A stretch of DNA of 64,000 nucleotides from the human T2T-CHM13v2.0 reference genome, Homo sapiens, in assembly GCF_009914755.1 (NCBI RefSeq), contig NC_060931.1. One strand, given 5' to 3'. Within the stretch, counting starts at the first letter, position 1. Each line of letters begins with the position of its first letter. The translations under genes and the position numbers were made by a program. This document shows positions 14,079 to 29,995 of this stretch, piece after piece. The notes under the pieces are model-generated. The model saw only the letters and a list, made by a program, of their open reading frames with translations, did no database searches and was not told the origin of the DNA.

Positions 14079-14358
14079 GGCCAGGCACAGTGGCTCACTT
14101 TGGGAGGCCAAGGTGGGTGAATCACCTGAGGTCAGGAGTTCAAGACTAGCCTGGCCAACATGCCGAAACCTTGTTTCTACTAAAAACACAAAAAATTATC
14201 TGGGTGTGGTGGCATGCACCTATAATGCCAGCTACTCAGGAGGCCAAGGTAGGAGAATCACTTGAACCTAGGAGGCGGAGGTTGCAGTGAGCTGGGATCG
14301 CGCCACTGCGCTCCAGCCTGGGCGACAGAGCAACACTCCATCTCAAAAACAAAAAAAG
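14079..14358 (+). mobile_element. AluS SINE with a small deletion near the 5' end
   Basis: ggctcac joined directly to tttgggagg; rest canonical. Confidence 0.93.
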
Positions 14359-14437
14359 TACTCTTTTTTTGCAGAGGAAGAACATTATAATAAATGATGA
14401 AATCTATGAAACAGAATGAAATGGGACCTGCTTTTGG

Positions 14438-14596
14438 AATAATCTAATGAAATAGATTATTTTAAATAATCTAGTAAGATAAATTAGATTTATAAGATAA
14501 ATTTAGAAGATAAATGTAAAATTATAAGATAAATTTATAATATAAATTAGATTTATAAGATAAATCTAATAAGATTATTTTAAATAATATAAAATA
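14438..14596. repeat. AT-rich low-complexity repeat with internal palindromes
   Basis: Repeated ataagataaat units; tagattatt-tta-aataatcta inverted repeat. Confidence 0.8.
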
Positions 14597-15000
14597 AGGT
14601 CAAAATGAAGGCACTTCTGATGTTTTTTTTCATGAGCATTAAGCAGTGCGCACCAACTGAACTCTAGTATAAAGTGGCTTACCAGAATTATAAAAAGACT
14701 GCACATGTTCAATTTTAATCTATATCTTATGAAAATGGTAATGGAAGAGACAATCTGCCTGAGAAAGGAATAGAAGAATCACATTTTAGTTTTAATTTCT
14801 CATTGATAAACCTCCTTTAGAAACGAGAGAGTATTCTAGAATCGTCCAATTGATAGAAAATAATGTATTTCCCCAAATGCAATGTCTTTGTTATGAAGTC
14901 ACACCTGCACTATTGAATAAAATATTATCCATGTTGTGTGTGACATGATTTCAGTAGAATAAATTATCAGTGAATGACCCACAATAAATCATATGCCTCC

Positions 15001-15064
15001 ACTTCATGCTGTTAACACTTCATGCTGTTAATACTTCATGCTGTTAACACTTCATGCTGTTAAT
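15001..15064. repeat. 16-bp minisatellite x4 (acttcatgctgttaaY)
   Basis: Four exact units ending c, t, c, t. Confidence 0.95.
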
Positions 15065-15544
15065 TCACTTCTGATGGGGAAGCTACTCAAATTCCGATGG
15101 AAATGTTGATGTTGCAGCATTTGGGATGAGTTCTAATATGTTTGTTCACTTTTAAACACTCCTGAGATGTGGATGAAGAAGCTGACCAGCAGGTGTGTGA
15201 TACATTTGTTTGCGCTGTGCTGTACTGGGAGGAAAGAAAGCAGCAAAGGTGTCTTCTCTAATAAACACCACTCTTTCCCCTTCTAGATCTCCAAATCTTT
15301 CTAGGTCTTGGTGCCTTTGAGCCTTTCAGTCAATCTTTTAAATAAAATGGTTTCCAGGTGTTTATTCGTGTCAATTTAATTTTCCCTAAAAATACATTTC
15401 TAGATTTTTACCCAACCACTGTGATGCCGTAAAATATGGCAGAATTCTGGGCATGGTAAAACTGTTAGGAAGAATCAGAGCACCAACCCTAGATGTACAT
15501 AATGCGTCAGGGTGTGAGGTTGAGGGTGTTAATGACACTATATT

Positions 15545-15790
15545 GAGACAGTATATTGAGCATCTGTGAGGCACAGGCAGTCACCAGATGTTGTGCATAT
15601 GTAGCTTGTTAGTTTTGCCAATACCTCTGTGAGGTACTCATTTTTAAGCCCATCCCTAAAAATGAGGAAACCGAGGGGCAGATAATTTAAATAATTGCCT
15701 AAGATCTCTCAACTAATTAGTAACAGAATTTGGATTCAATCCAAGATGATCTTAACTCTAAGCATTAGCATGCTACACCATCACACTGCC
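15545..15790 (-). mobile_element. MIR
   Basis: aaatgaggaaaccgaggggcaga...tgcctaagatc. Confidence 0.7.
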
Positions 15791-18320
15791 AGATTTACCT
15801 TTGAGATTCATTTGTAGGTTGTATGCAGTGATAGTATCGCCTTTGTTCATTTGCACATCAAAGACTTCGTGACCAATCTGAACACCCTTGTATTTGGGCA
15901 CCAATGTGATCATAAGAAGAAAACGTTATCTGCCATCATCCTATTTCTTTTTCCTTTCTATTTTATGGTCATATTTTTTTCTCCATTTCAAGTAGAGGGA
16001 CATCCTTCATATTTTCTCTCTCTCTCTCTCCTGGTTATGCTGTTTTCATTTTGCAAAGTGAAACACACACAACTAGCAGAAAATGAGGTGTGCCAGGTGC
16101 ATTCACACATCACTTGTCTCCCAGAGTACCAGACTCTGGTGTCTCAGAGGCGTGATTCTCTTGAGGGGGGAAATTATGTTTTGCAGACCTTGTTCATTTA
16201 TCACTTCTATCTATCTCAGACGTTCTTTTCTTAAAAGAAGCAAGACTCAGGCACACTGAAGGTCATTTCCATGGGACACACTTGATTGCTTAGAAAAACA
16301 AATTTGAAAAATACTTTCTTCAGAAGGAAAGATATTGTTTCTCCAGGGTAAAATATTTCTGAGGGCTTGACTCTTTCCAATGACGCCTTTATGTAAGCTG
16401 TTGGAGCAGGGCTCTTAATTGATAAGCAGCTGTGTTAATAATTCACAATGAATAGCATATTTAAAACGTCAACCCAGTGTTGATTCTTATGGCAGTATCT
16501 GAGGCGAGAGAGACCAAAGCAACAATGACAATGAATCTTTAGATTCTGGAAACTCAGGAGAAGCCACACTATCTCTAGAGTCACCATCTTCCTTTTTTAA
16601 AGAAAGAGGGAAGGTTCCCCTCTCCAAAGGAAAGTTTGCTTCCCAGGTAACCGTGATCTTTGTGACCTATTACTGATTTCGTTTAAACAGAGTCTTTATG
16701 TTCAAATGCAACTGTGTGGTAAAATGGCCCCAGAATCCAGACATCTAGATCATGCCTGTAACACTTTTCTTAATTTTTGTATTTATATTGGATAACTCAT
16801 GCAATTTTTCAAAGACTCCATTATTATTTCTATAAAATGAAGATAATCTTACCTACACGGTTAACCTCGCAGAATTGTTGGAAAGATGAAATGAGGCAGT
16901 CATATATGGATTAGAAATTGGAACCTCCTAAACTCCAATGCCAGGTGTTAGTTTCTTTACATCTTTCTTGTAGTCAAAAAAAATTCTGGGTAATTGTTTT
17001 GAGCAGTTATATTGAGAACATCCTCTGAGAAAAGAACTGTGTGCATCTTGCCATGGAAAAGAAGTCTGTCTCTGCACGTAAATTACCTGATAGGGCATGA
17101 GAGTTACTGCAGAGAGGTGGATGCATGGGAGAACGCAGGGGTGGGGGAGGGACCCATCAGTTGGTGCCTTCTGTTCTGCCCCATTTGGGGTGTGCACTTT
17201 AAATGGCTAAGAAAGGATATCATTTCTATTCAGGTGGAGGGTAGGGGTGCTTCATGGAAGAGACTGAATTTTAACTTAGTCTTGAATAATAGATACAATT
17301 TACTGAAATATGTATATATGAAAATATCCTTCAAGGGAAGAGAGTTTGCCAAGGTCAAACAGGCCGAGAAGTCTAGGTGTGTTGGGGGAAGGCTGAGAGG
17401 TGCACCTTGGAGGGAGTGCAGGTGTGTGTGGGAGGAGCATAGAGTCTTGCTGGACAGAGACCTCCAGGGGCATTTGAATACTGCTGGAAATTATTTGGTG
17501 TGTCCTGGAGGTAAGAGAGACCAGGGAGCAGTTTGTCTGTGCAGGAAGCAGTGGAGTGTGGTCTGCATGCCCTGGAGAAGCCAAGGCCTGAGGGCTCTCC
17601 TTGCGGGAGACGCCTCCTGACTCTCACTGGCCACAGCAAAGAGAGGTAGGTTTGCTGGCTGGAAGCATAAACACAGCCCTAAGTGCCACATCTCCCCAGA
17701 GATGGCGTGGAGTTCCTCTGAGGGAGGACATGGCTCCACGCCATGTTTTGAGCACAGGTGAGGCAGTGACTTATGAGGGACAATGAAAGGTCAATTCAAG
17801 CTTTAGGAAGTAGGTTTGGACCCAAGAATCTTTTTAGGTGATCTCTGAAATTATGATCATGAATGAGATCATGAGGAAAGGCTCCTTGGATTTCCCACTG
17901 GGGCCATTTTAGCGGCTGCCCACCAGATGCCATGATTGACTATGTTATTCTTTTTATTTGGTGCCAACCAGAGAATCATTTTATCCAGTTCAGATCTCCC
18001 ATTAGTAGCTGATATGAGTTTGGTTTAGAATAAGAAAACTAACTCTTAGCCAGATAGGCAAGCATGGAATCACACATACACATACAAAATACACCTTTGG
18101 AGATAGATATTTGCAGGTAATTGTTTTGAAACAAAATTTTTCCATATATTTTGTAAAATTTTAAATTTCTCATTGTATGACATTTTATTATAACAGAAAA
18201 GAACCATGAATTCCTCTTAATGAAGACCTTTCTTGTCTTCACTGTTATTATCCTAAAGATATTTATTTAGCATTTGGTGTAGTGTAAGATGAATTGCACA
18301 GCTAATTTAAATGTATTACT

Positions 18321-18628
<308 letters not shown>

Positions 18629-18953
18629 AGGTATTACTGGCTGTCCCCTTTGGAAACAGTACACCAAATTTACTGTGCCTGATTCTAAGAATAGAAAATT
18701 GAAGGATGCCTTAGAGAAGAAATAGAGACATTTTAAAATAATGACAACTTTGGAAAATAGCACCCAGAATCCCGTGGCTTAACTTTGTTCACTACAACCC
18801 CAAATTATTGATTTATGATTTTTTGACCCTGAGAAAAGATGCAGATGCAGAGAAAAGATGTAGAAATCCCTCCCCTTCCCCTCTCCTCCTGGGAGCCACA
18901 TAGGGTATGAAAGTGGTAGAGATCCTTTCTGCTGAGCCAATAGTCGTCTTTAA

Positions 18954-20195
<1,242 letters not shown>

Positions 20196-21649
20196 AAAAC
20201 TCTGGGATCCAAAAGACAGACTCAGTGATAGTTTCCCAATACTGTTATTGGGAAAGGAATAAGGCTGAATAAAAGGAAAGACCCTTAAATAAAGTAGAAA
20301 AGATTTGCATGTGACAAAACTGGAAGCAGAGAAACTTTAAAAGCACATACATTTTGTTCAAGGAACAACTATAGTTCTTAGTCTCAGAGGGATTTAGGCA
20401 TTTGCCCAAGATTATGATGTGTAAAACAGAGATGCTAATAGCTAATTATCAGAGTTATTTATATGACTGTGTCAGGTACCTGCCTGAAAATGCTCAACAC
20501 TGTCCATCAGTAAGTAAGAGCACCAGAGAATGACTGTCTCTTTTCTTTGTGGTTCTAACGTGTCACCCACGTTAGTTCCCTGGACTCAGCAGGTCGCCAC
20601 CGTGAGGCCCCAGCATTTGGGTCCATCACTGGCGATGTGCTGCTGGCCTCAGAATGTCTGCCTCTGACTATGCAGGAGGTTGCTGTGTGATAGAGTGCGG
20701 GGGAATCAGGACACCGCCCACCGCTGTCCAAATGCCAAGTGGCGATTCAGGTACCTTAGGAGGAAAAGGGACATGGTGAGGACTGGAGTTGCGGTAGATG
20801 CCTCCTGGGTGTTGAAGAGTCCGAAGGATCCAGAATGGCAGAGAGGGGAAATGGGGGCAGCCATGCATGAAGACAGGCTGGGGGGCGCTAATGCAGCTTT
20901 CTCTCCTGGAGCCTCTCATCTCCACCTGCTGCGGAAGCTCCTGTGCATCCAACTCTGGGCTGGGAAAGCAAAGAGCACTGGGCAATCACGCCTTTCTCTG
21001 CTGTCTGCACGTGGCGAAAATGAAAGCATTTCATGGAACCTGTTTGGGGCACGTGAAGAGTGGGCCAGAGTGCCAGGGAGGCAGCAATCTGCAGGTTGCG
21101 TTCATGCCGTGACAGTCCATTCAGGGGTGCAGGAGCTGGTAGCTGAGTTCCCCTTCCTGTTTTACACTTCTGGTCTTTTGGTTCTCAATACCTCGGGGTG
21201 TAAAGGACAGCTCTTTATTTGGCTGTGAATATCCACCACTGTCTTCCTACTTCTCTTTCTTTGGAAGCATTTCATTTCCTTTTCTAGAAAATTTGGAGCT
21301 GAAGTGCTCGGAAGGCCACTGATTTTAAGCTCATTAAACTCACATTCACCTTTGTCTTTTGTTGAAAAAAGTTAATCTTGTTTTCCAAAGGGCCACAGGA
21401 GGATATTGTATGGATGTTATTTATTGTCCTTCACAAACACACCCCAGAGATTAGCTCATTATAGGTTTTATTCAACAAAGTAATTATTGCAGAGAGGAAG
21501 CTGAGCTTTTAGTGATGGACTTGGAAGTGATGGGTGACCACTCTCACTGGACTCCAGATAGAAACAGAAATCAAAGCCGCTGTCTAATCACACTTCACTC
21601 CTCCCTCTGCATAGGACTGTAATTGGTACTCAAGGAGAACACTAAATCA

Positions 21650-22330
21650 AAGATCTCATAAGGCAAATATTAGCAGCATGTATCATGTAAATAAGAATAA
21701 TGATCAGAAGCTACGCAGAGGAGGGACTATTGTGCTCAAAAGCAGTGGAAGAAATCATAAAAGAAAGATCCATAAATGTTCCTTGAAGACAACAACATTA
21801 GACTTTATAAAATACCACACAGAAAATCAGAAAAGAGCCTAGAGAAAATATTTACCACAAATAAGAAGGATTACCATCTTTGAGCTACGGGAGTGCCCAT
21901 ATGAATCAATAAGAAGAAAATTACAAAGGCCAAATGCATAAACAGCCAAGGACATGAAGAGATGAATGGAAGAAAGAGAAAATAGGAATGATGACCAGGT
22001 CGACCAGAAACATTCAACTTAACCAGTAATGATGGAAATTCAAATTAAGGCTAAAAGGAGACAGTTTGCTTATAAAATCAGTACCTATTTCAATAGTTGT
22101 GATTCGATAAAATGGACTCCTCTCAATACTTGGTATGGCTGTAATTGGATAAAAGTGTTCTGGAGAGGAAATCAACCTTATGTTGCAAGAGCAGTAAAAA
22201 TGTTGATATGCTCTGATACAGAAATTCCACGTCTAGAAATTTATTCTAAGTAACATTATGTACAGACCCAATTACAAAAAAAAATGCACCAGTATGTTTA
22301 TGATAGCAATTTTTTAGGTTGTAAAAATAG
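21650..22330 (+). mobile_element. Highly diverged L1M (L1ME-like) fragment
   Basis: A-rich with L1 ORF2 3' remnants (gccaaggacatgaa, gaaattcaaattaag, ctagaaatttattctaag). Confidence 0.6.
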
Positions 22331-23814
22331 AAAAAGACATCCATTAAAAATTATGCTTAGAATAAGTTTAGTAATGATAACAAATGTGTTTTGTGCCTAT
22401 GTGTGCCAAGCATCATACCTACATAAATATGTGTGTACACATATACGTATGCAAATGCATATATTTATATGTATGTGTACATTTCTATGTATGTGAATTT
22501 TTTTTCATTTGATTTTTCACCAACCCTATAAAGTAAGACCCATTATTATCCCAGTTTGTAGATGAAGAAACTATGACTTGGAGAGTTTATTAGCTCAAGC
22601 AACAATCATACACCCATTAAATTACATAGCGCTTCCTCCAGATCTTCAGGTCCAGATCCAGTGAAAAGGAAATGATACTAGGTGGAAATCCCTGTGGTTT
22701 GTTTTTGGATAAAAGTTTCCCAATACTAGGTAAAGATGTTCAGGTTTAAATAATGTTTTGTGACGTGCATGTACTGGTGTTTTGCTTGTTTTTCCTTCTA
22801 GCTACACATGAAAATAAGGATATTTTCCTTGTTACTATAAAAGTATTACATATTCCTTTAGGAGCTGCTTTCCCCCCCTTGTTTGTCGTCTCTTAAAAAA
22901 AGCATTTTCTAAGCAGACTGAGAAAGGAGTCTATTAACAAGCAAATTGCATTTGTGAGTAAGCTGAAGTGTAGGGAGTGGTATTTCCCACTGGGGCTCTG
23001 GAGGCTCAGCTCCCCAGTGCAGTGGCTGAACAGGGCCAGGCAGTGTGAGGGGACTGGAGCTGGGCACTCTGCTCAGGGGGTGGACAGAGAAGGGAACCTG
23101 GGAAGGCCCCCGGCAGGCAGGACTCAGAGGCTCTCAAACTGCTCTCAGATCTGCAGGACTGGCTTCCCACAACTCTGTTCATCCTCCTCCATCGCAAAAT
23201 GAATATGTAAAGGTTTTCCTTTTACCTGCCAAAGACATTTTGGGAAAGTAATGTGAAGATTTGTACTTTGTGAATGGACTCATATTTATGTGTACAAAAG
23301 CATGCAGCAGTTTAAGGAATCCTATGGTGAATACTCTGATACAGAAGGAAGAATTATTTGAAATGCGATGCGTAACATAAATGACCTTTCAACTGAAGTT
23401 AACTTAGATACTGGTACATTAAGTTTTCTAAGAAATAAATATAAATAAATCTTATATTAATGCTAGCTAAAGGCAAACCGGGAGGCATGCTGTAAAGTCT
23501 ATGCAAAATCTGGATGCTCATGGAGAAGATTCTTGTCAAATGTCATGTATTATTAGTATAGGTAGTCTCACCCTTCTAAAAAAGGAAACCAGAAGTTTGC
23601 CAGCCAACCTTTAAATTTTGAAAAGGTAAGTCTACAGTGTGCTTTTCATACGGTTTTCAAAAGCAGATAAACATTCTCTTTTATTAAACACACTTCTCAA
23701 TTTAGTCATGGTTTGTGGACCAATGTTTTCTTAAATTATTTCATAATAATTTTACAACACTGAGAACTGGCTGTGAAATCAACCTTTGGGAAAAATTAGG
23801 AGTAGCCGGGGGAT

Positions 23815-23874
23815 GCACACACGCATGCACACACACACACACACGCACACATGCACATGCACACGCACACGCAT

Positions 23875-23905
<31 letters not shown>

Positions 23906-23951
23906 CACATCCACGCACAAATGCACACACACACGCACCTGCACACACACG
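23815..23951. repeat. Imperfect (CA)n/RY-alternating tract
   Basis: ~135 bp of cacaca/catgca/cacgca. Confidence 0.95.
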
Positions 23952-24039
23952 TGGGTTTGCATGCTGACTTGACATCCAATGCTAACAGTTCAACCACATT
24001 TATGGTTTCATAAATACAATGAATCATGAGTAGACCTCT

Positions 24040-24150
24040 AGGTCAATGGTTCTCAAAGTGCAGTCTTCAGACCAGCACCATCAGCCTTCTCCTGGAACTT
24101 CTTAGGCAAATTCTGAGGACCCATTCCAGACTGAGTCAAAAACCCTGGAT
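24040..24150. mobile_element. MER5-like hAT-Charlie DNA transposon fragment
   Basis: caatggttctcaaagtg...gaccagcaccatcagc...ctggaactt...gcaaattct. Confidence 0.65.
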
Positions 24151-26207
24151 AGGTCAGTTATTCCTTACTACCTTTGCAAAACACCATTCTGTTTTAGCTC
24201 ATGGTGATCAAATAAAGAGCAGGATGAATGCCAAGATAGAGTATATAGAACACCTGATATGGTGTTCTTTGGATCATGACCACACATCTGTTCCCAGCAA
24301 AAAGGAATTGTGCCAACAGGATGCATCAATGCACTCCTAATCAGTGTCACCTGATCATCCACTAATAGCTCAGGCAAACATCAGCTTTTCCATCAGTACA
24401 CAAATCAGTCATTATTCTTGCCTCTCATCTTAGTGACAGTACTTCATTGCCCCAGCCTACTTGTCAAATCCATTGTCCTGTTAATTTTCTCCACACACTC
24501 CAGGGAGATAACAGAATCTCTGGGTAGCAGACCCCATCTCATGCCTCTGATATTTATAATTGTGCTGCCAACCTCCTCTTCCAACTAGAATTCCTCCCCA
24601 TGTTTAAATTTCCAATTTAATTTCAAGATTCTTTGAGAAGATTCCTCCAAGTCTTCCCTGTTCTGAACCATGTATAACTCTTCTGCAGCTATCATTTGGT
24701 TCATCATGGTTCCCTTCATGAAAATCATTTTATGCATGTAATATCTTAACTGCCCAAATGTTATTGAAAAAGTTTTGAGAGGAAGAACTACATCTCACAT
24801 GCCTTTGTATCTTTCAGTGCCTAGCCACTGTCTCACCACAAGAAGTTATAGTGTTTTCTTTGATGCCTTTAATGTAGATGTAGATTTTCGCTACAACGAT
24901 TTTGCCAGGATGTGTTTAAAGATATTCACCCTTGGTCCCCTTTCTGCAGTTCCTTGGATCATGAAAGATGTGTTTGGTTTGGTTGGCCCTTACAGTTCAT
25001 TTTCCTTTTGAATCCCAATTTAAAATTTTGGATTTTTAAAAAATAGAAATAAAACTTATGGCTTTCTTTAAAATAAAAGAAGACTTAGACCCTAAGTCTG
25101 CATTTTTATAGGAGTTGATGAAAGTTTATGCCCCTTTGAGGAGCATATGAATTCCAGGCTGCCATGGTTCTCAGCACTTCCTAATATACCGTGTCCAATA
25201 TGGAGATTGAGTTCTGGATTATTACCTGCCTGTAGTACTGATTTTCTTAGATTGGAGAGGATTCTCCATCAGGACTGCCAGGTTTCTAGCATTGGCTTTG
25301 CAACTTACTAGCTTTATCTAAGCAACCTTGTGCAAGATATTTAACTTTGGGAACAGTAATGATACCTAACTCATAATGTTGTTATCATGAGTTAATAAAG
25401 TCCTTAAAACCAACCTGGCACTTACTGAGTGCGCAAGAGGTATTTGCTGTTGTTGTCATAATTATTGTTAGAAATAGTAGTAATAGTAGGAAATTCAAAT
25501 GTGGGAAGTAATTCTAGTTGGAGGGGAAGGTTGGCAGTTGTAGTAATAGTATTTACTAATGTTTCAAGGTAGAAAAATGAAATATGAATTAGGAAAGTTA
25601 CATGTTCCAAGAAAAATGGGACACATTTATTTTCAAAAATAAAGAATGTTCCTGTATTCAATGTGTAAATACAGTGTTTTGGTCTCAAGGAGACTATAAC
25701 TTAAGATGTCAGCTAATGTCACTGATTACCTGCTTGATTTATGTTGCTTCATTAAATTCAAGTTAGAAAAGTGGGTTCATTCTTGATTTCTTTTATCCAA
25801 ATCCTACTATCAGTTTTATGTGGTTATTGTTTTTTTAAATCTTTTCAATATATATTTTTATATTGGAATAATGTTAGATTTACAGAAAAGTTTCAATGAT
25901 AGTACAGACGGTTCTTATTTACCCCTTACACAATTTATCTCTTGTTATTAACATTTTACTTTTCTGTGGCACATTAGTCAAAACTAAGAAACTGGCATTG
26001 ATACACGGCTATTAACTCAACTATAGACTTTCTTTGGATTTCACCAGTTTTCCCATGAATATTTTCTCTCTGTTCCAGACCCTAATGCTGAGTTCCCCAT
26101 TGCATTTGCGTGTCCTATCTTTCCAGTCTCCTCTGGTCTATGACAGTTTCTCAGTCTTCCCCTGTTTTTTTTTTTTCTGACCTTGAATCATTTATTTATA
26201 TCAACAT

Positions 26208-26888
<681 letters not shown>

Positions 26889-28654
26889 GTATGGACTCAT
26901 ATAAGTCATCTTTGAACTTTTCATTACAATCCAATTCTATGTTGTTTATATCGTGGCTCAAATGATTCCAGCTTTGACGTGGTCTCCCTCTCATGTTGGT
27001 TCCTCTGTCCTCTTAGCATGTACCTACACTTGTGATTTTTGGGCACTTTTCTGATACTACAAGATGTTCCAGGTTTGTTTTGTTTTTTCCTTGCCCTGGC
27101 GCTAAAATCAGTTATTTCTCCAAAGAGTGAGGTTCCTTTTACTTGTGAATGGCATTAAAAAACCAAGACCTATGGTACCAGGTTTTGATCCCTGACCTGT
27201 GGCACCACTTTCAACATACCATGGTTCTGTAGCAGTGCTGGCTGGGAGGCTTAATTCTTGCCTGTTAAGCATGGCCTTCAGTTTGGAAGCCCAGTCGCTC
27301 TCCAAGGTCCTGATTTTGAAAGGCTTTTCTTTATTGTGTGCCAGGAAAGACAGAGGAGAAAATAGACAAGAACATAACATTTAAGCACAGGTACAGTCAT
27401 TCTCTGTTCTTTTCACATTTATGATGCTAATAAAAGAAGGAAGATATATTACATGAGTTAAAGAAATTTAGAAATGTTAGAATTTAAGAAGTAGTGCCTG
27501 TCTCTTTGCAAATCCATTTCTTGAAGAGGACAAGTGAGCCTCTTTAAGGAGAAAATTCAATAAGATACGTGGAAACAGAGCTTACATAACTTCAGATTTT
27601 CCTAACATCGTGTCTTAGGGATGACAGTTCAAGAGAAAATGTGCTAAAGCTGTGACTTGAAGGGTTTATTTAGATATGTGCATTTCCTGACAGGCGAGAT
27701 TAGTGGATTCTGGAAAAAGCAATAAAAAGGTTTACAGAATTTTCTTCTAATTCTGCTGATAAACAGATGCAAACTGGCTTAAACTCTGCTGGGATTAAAA
27801 TATTTCCGATTCAGTATTTCATCAGGTATAAATGTGGTTTTTCATCCACATTTCATTTATGAGGCAGATGAAACATTGAGATCTTTTTGATTCTGTGCAT
27901 GCATTTGATAGTACACCTCCTTGGATAACCAATATTATGATATGCAATACTTTTTTTCTACATTTCTCTAACATGCTGATCTGTGGAGATAGGTGGAGGA
28001 GGTAGTGCTTGTTATAATTAAATAATCACACATTAGTTTTCACTAAGGATCTTTCATCGAAGGATGTTAAGAGCAAAATGGATTCTGCATTATTGCTGCA
28101 GTAGATTTTTAATTTTACTGTTAATAAGCATTAAAGTCCCACAGCATGCAATATTTTGTTTCTTCCCTTTTAAAGAATTAAATTTGGTGTTTTCCCTTAG
28201 AGCTTGATTGATTTGCTAGATTAAAAAGCATTTAAAATCATTGTTTAACACATGGAAAAACATATTGATTGTTGCAGTTCTTTATAAAGAAAAAAGTACA
28301 GTTTGGTTCCCTGAAAAATACATGAATTCTTTTAGCTGACTCTTAGAAATTAAGACACATGTATCTACAAGTAGGTTTGGGCCAAGAATGTTCCCTGCCC
28401 CAACTCCGTGAAAAATTTCCATTACATCAGATACTTCTAGGATTGTATATTCCCTTGGAAGATCACAAAGGACATCCGTCTCCACCTTTGCTTAAACCTA
28501 AGTGATCTTTATAAAGAAAAGACTCTTTAATGTTTAGTAGAGATGTCACAGAAGTAGACATATATTAGCATCTTTAAATGTCTGCTCAGATTTTTCGTAA
28601 CTCTCATTGCATTCATCCTCCTCTTCAATTGTTAAAAATTATAGTCAATTTTCT

Positions 28655-28937
28655 AAATTTCAAGACAGGATCTCACTCCCATTGCCCAGGCTGAAGTACA
28701 GTGTCGTGATCATGGCACTTGACCTCCTGGGTTCAGGTGACCCTCCCACCTCACCCTCCCAAGTAGCTGGGACCACAGGCATACACCACCATGCCCAGCT
28801 AATTTTTTATATTTTTAGTAGAGAAGGGATCTCACTATGTTGCCAAGGCTGGTCTCAAACTCCTAGGTTTAAGCAGTCTGCCCTTCTTGGCCTCTCTAAG
28901 TGCGGAGATTACAGGCATGAGCCACAGTGCTTGGCCT
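28655..28937 (-). mobile_element. AluJ SINE
   Basis: gacctcctgggttcaggtgaccctcccacctca and tctcactatgttgcc. Confidence 0.9.
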
Positions 28938-29302
28938 CAATTTTTATCTCCCTAGAATATTTATGATTCTTTCTGAATATCAGTTGCAAACCCAAATCTA
29001 TATGATAACTAATCTTCCAGAAATTCTACCCCACAAGACAGAGTCAACTGTATACATGAAGACATTTATGAACTCTGTTTTCTTTTAGGCTCAACGATAC
29101 TTCTTGGCATATTTTTAACTTTTGTTTATAGGCCGTTATTAATTTTGAAGTACCTGGTATTGCTTGTGTGGAAATAAATCTGCATTCAAGTAATTTTAAC
29201 TCTATGATTTGGGCGCTAATAATACTTATTGCAAGAGCATCCTGAAGTAGTCTCGGGCTAGGTAATTCATCTAGTTCATCCTCTTCGTTTCAGGAAAGTG
29301 GA

Positions 29303-29644
29303 TTTCCTAGCCTATTCAAGCAGCTATCACAAAATACCCCAAGCAGGGTGTGGCTTAGAAACAGCAGAACTTGACTTCTCACCATTCTGGAGACCGAGAA
29401 GTCCAAGATGAAAATGTATTTGGTGTCTGCTGAGGGGTCACTCTCCAACTTCAATAGCACCTCCTTGTCAAGTCCTCGAATAGTGGAAGGGGTGAGAGAG
29501 CTCTGTGGGGTCTCTTTTATCAGGGCACTCATCCCATTCAGGAGGGTTCTGCCCTCATGCCCTCATCACCTCCCAAAGGCCCCACCTCCTAATCTTGGGG
29601 GTTAGGATTTTGACACGTGGGAAACAAAAACATTTGCCCATAGC
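29303..29644 (-). mobile_element. MLT1 solo LTR
   Basis: gctatcacaaaatacc...ttctggagaccgagaagtccaagat...cacctcccaaaggccccacctcctaat. Confidence 0.85.
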
Positions 29645-29659
29645 AGGCTGCTGGGACAG

Positions 29660-29995
29660 AATACAGTTCAGGGGCTGCAAGTCCAAAGCCAGGTGCCAGC
29701 AAAGTCAAAGTCCAAAGGCAAATGAACCCAGCAGGGCTAATCTCCAGCAAAGCTTCTCTGCTTGGCTTGCAGAGGCCAGCTTCTGGCTGGGTCCTCACCT
29801 GTCCTTTCTGAATGCACGCACTCTTTTGGGGTCTCTTCCTCTTCTTTTAAGAACAGTGCCCTATTGGATCAGGCCTCCCCACCTCATTTAACCTTAATTG
29901 CCTTCTTAGAGGCCCCATCTCTAATGCAATCACAATGGCAGTGGGGGCTAGTGCTTCAGCATATGAATTTTGGAGACACAATTCTGTCCATAACT
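29660..29995 (-). mobile_element. Second, partial MLT1 LTR directly adjacent
   Basis: ggctgcaagtccaaagccaggtg...cctcatttaaccttaatt...ttcagcatatgaattttggagacacaattc. Confidence 0.75.

Noticed and set aside
15001-15064. CRISPR-like repeat
   Set aside because: No spacers; eukaryotic tandem repeat
17012-17620. 202-aa ORF
   Set aside because: Non-ATG start, no recognisable domain, overlaps L2-like sequence; consistent with chance
20680-21228. 182-aa ORF in a GC-richer patch
   Set aside because: No recognisable homology or exon structure; a long ORF is expected at this GC content
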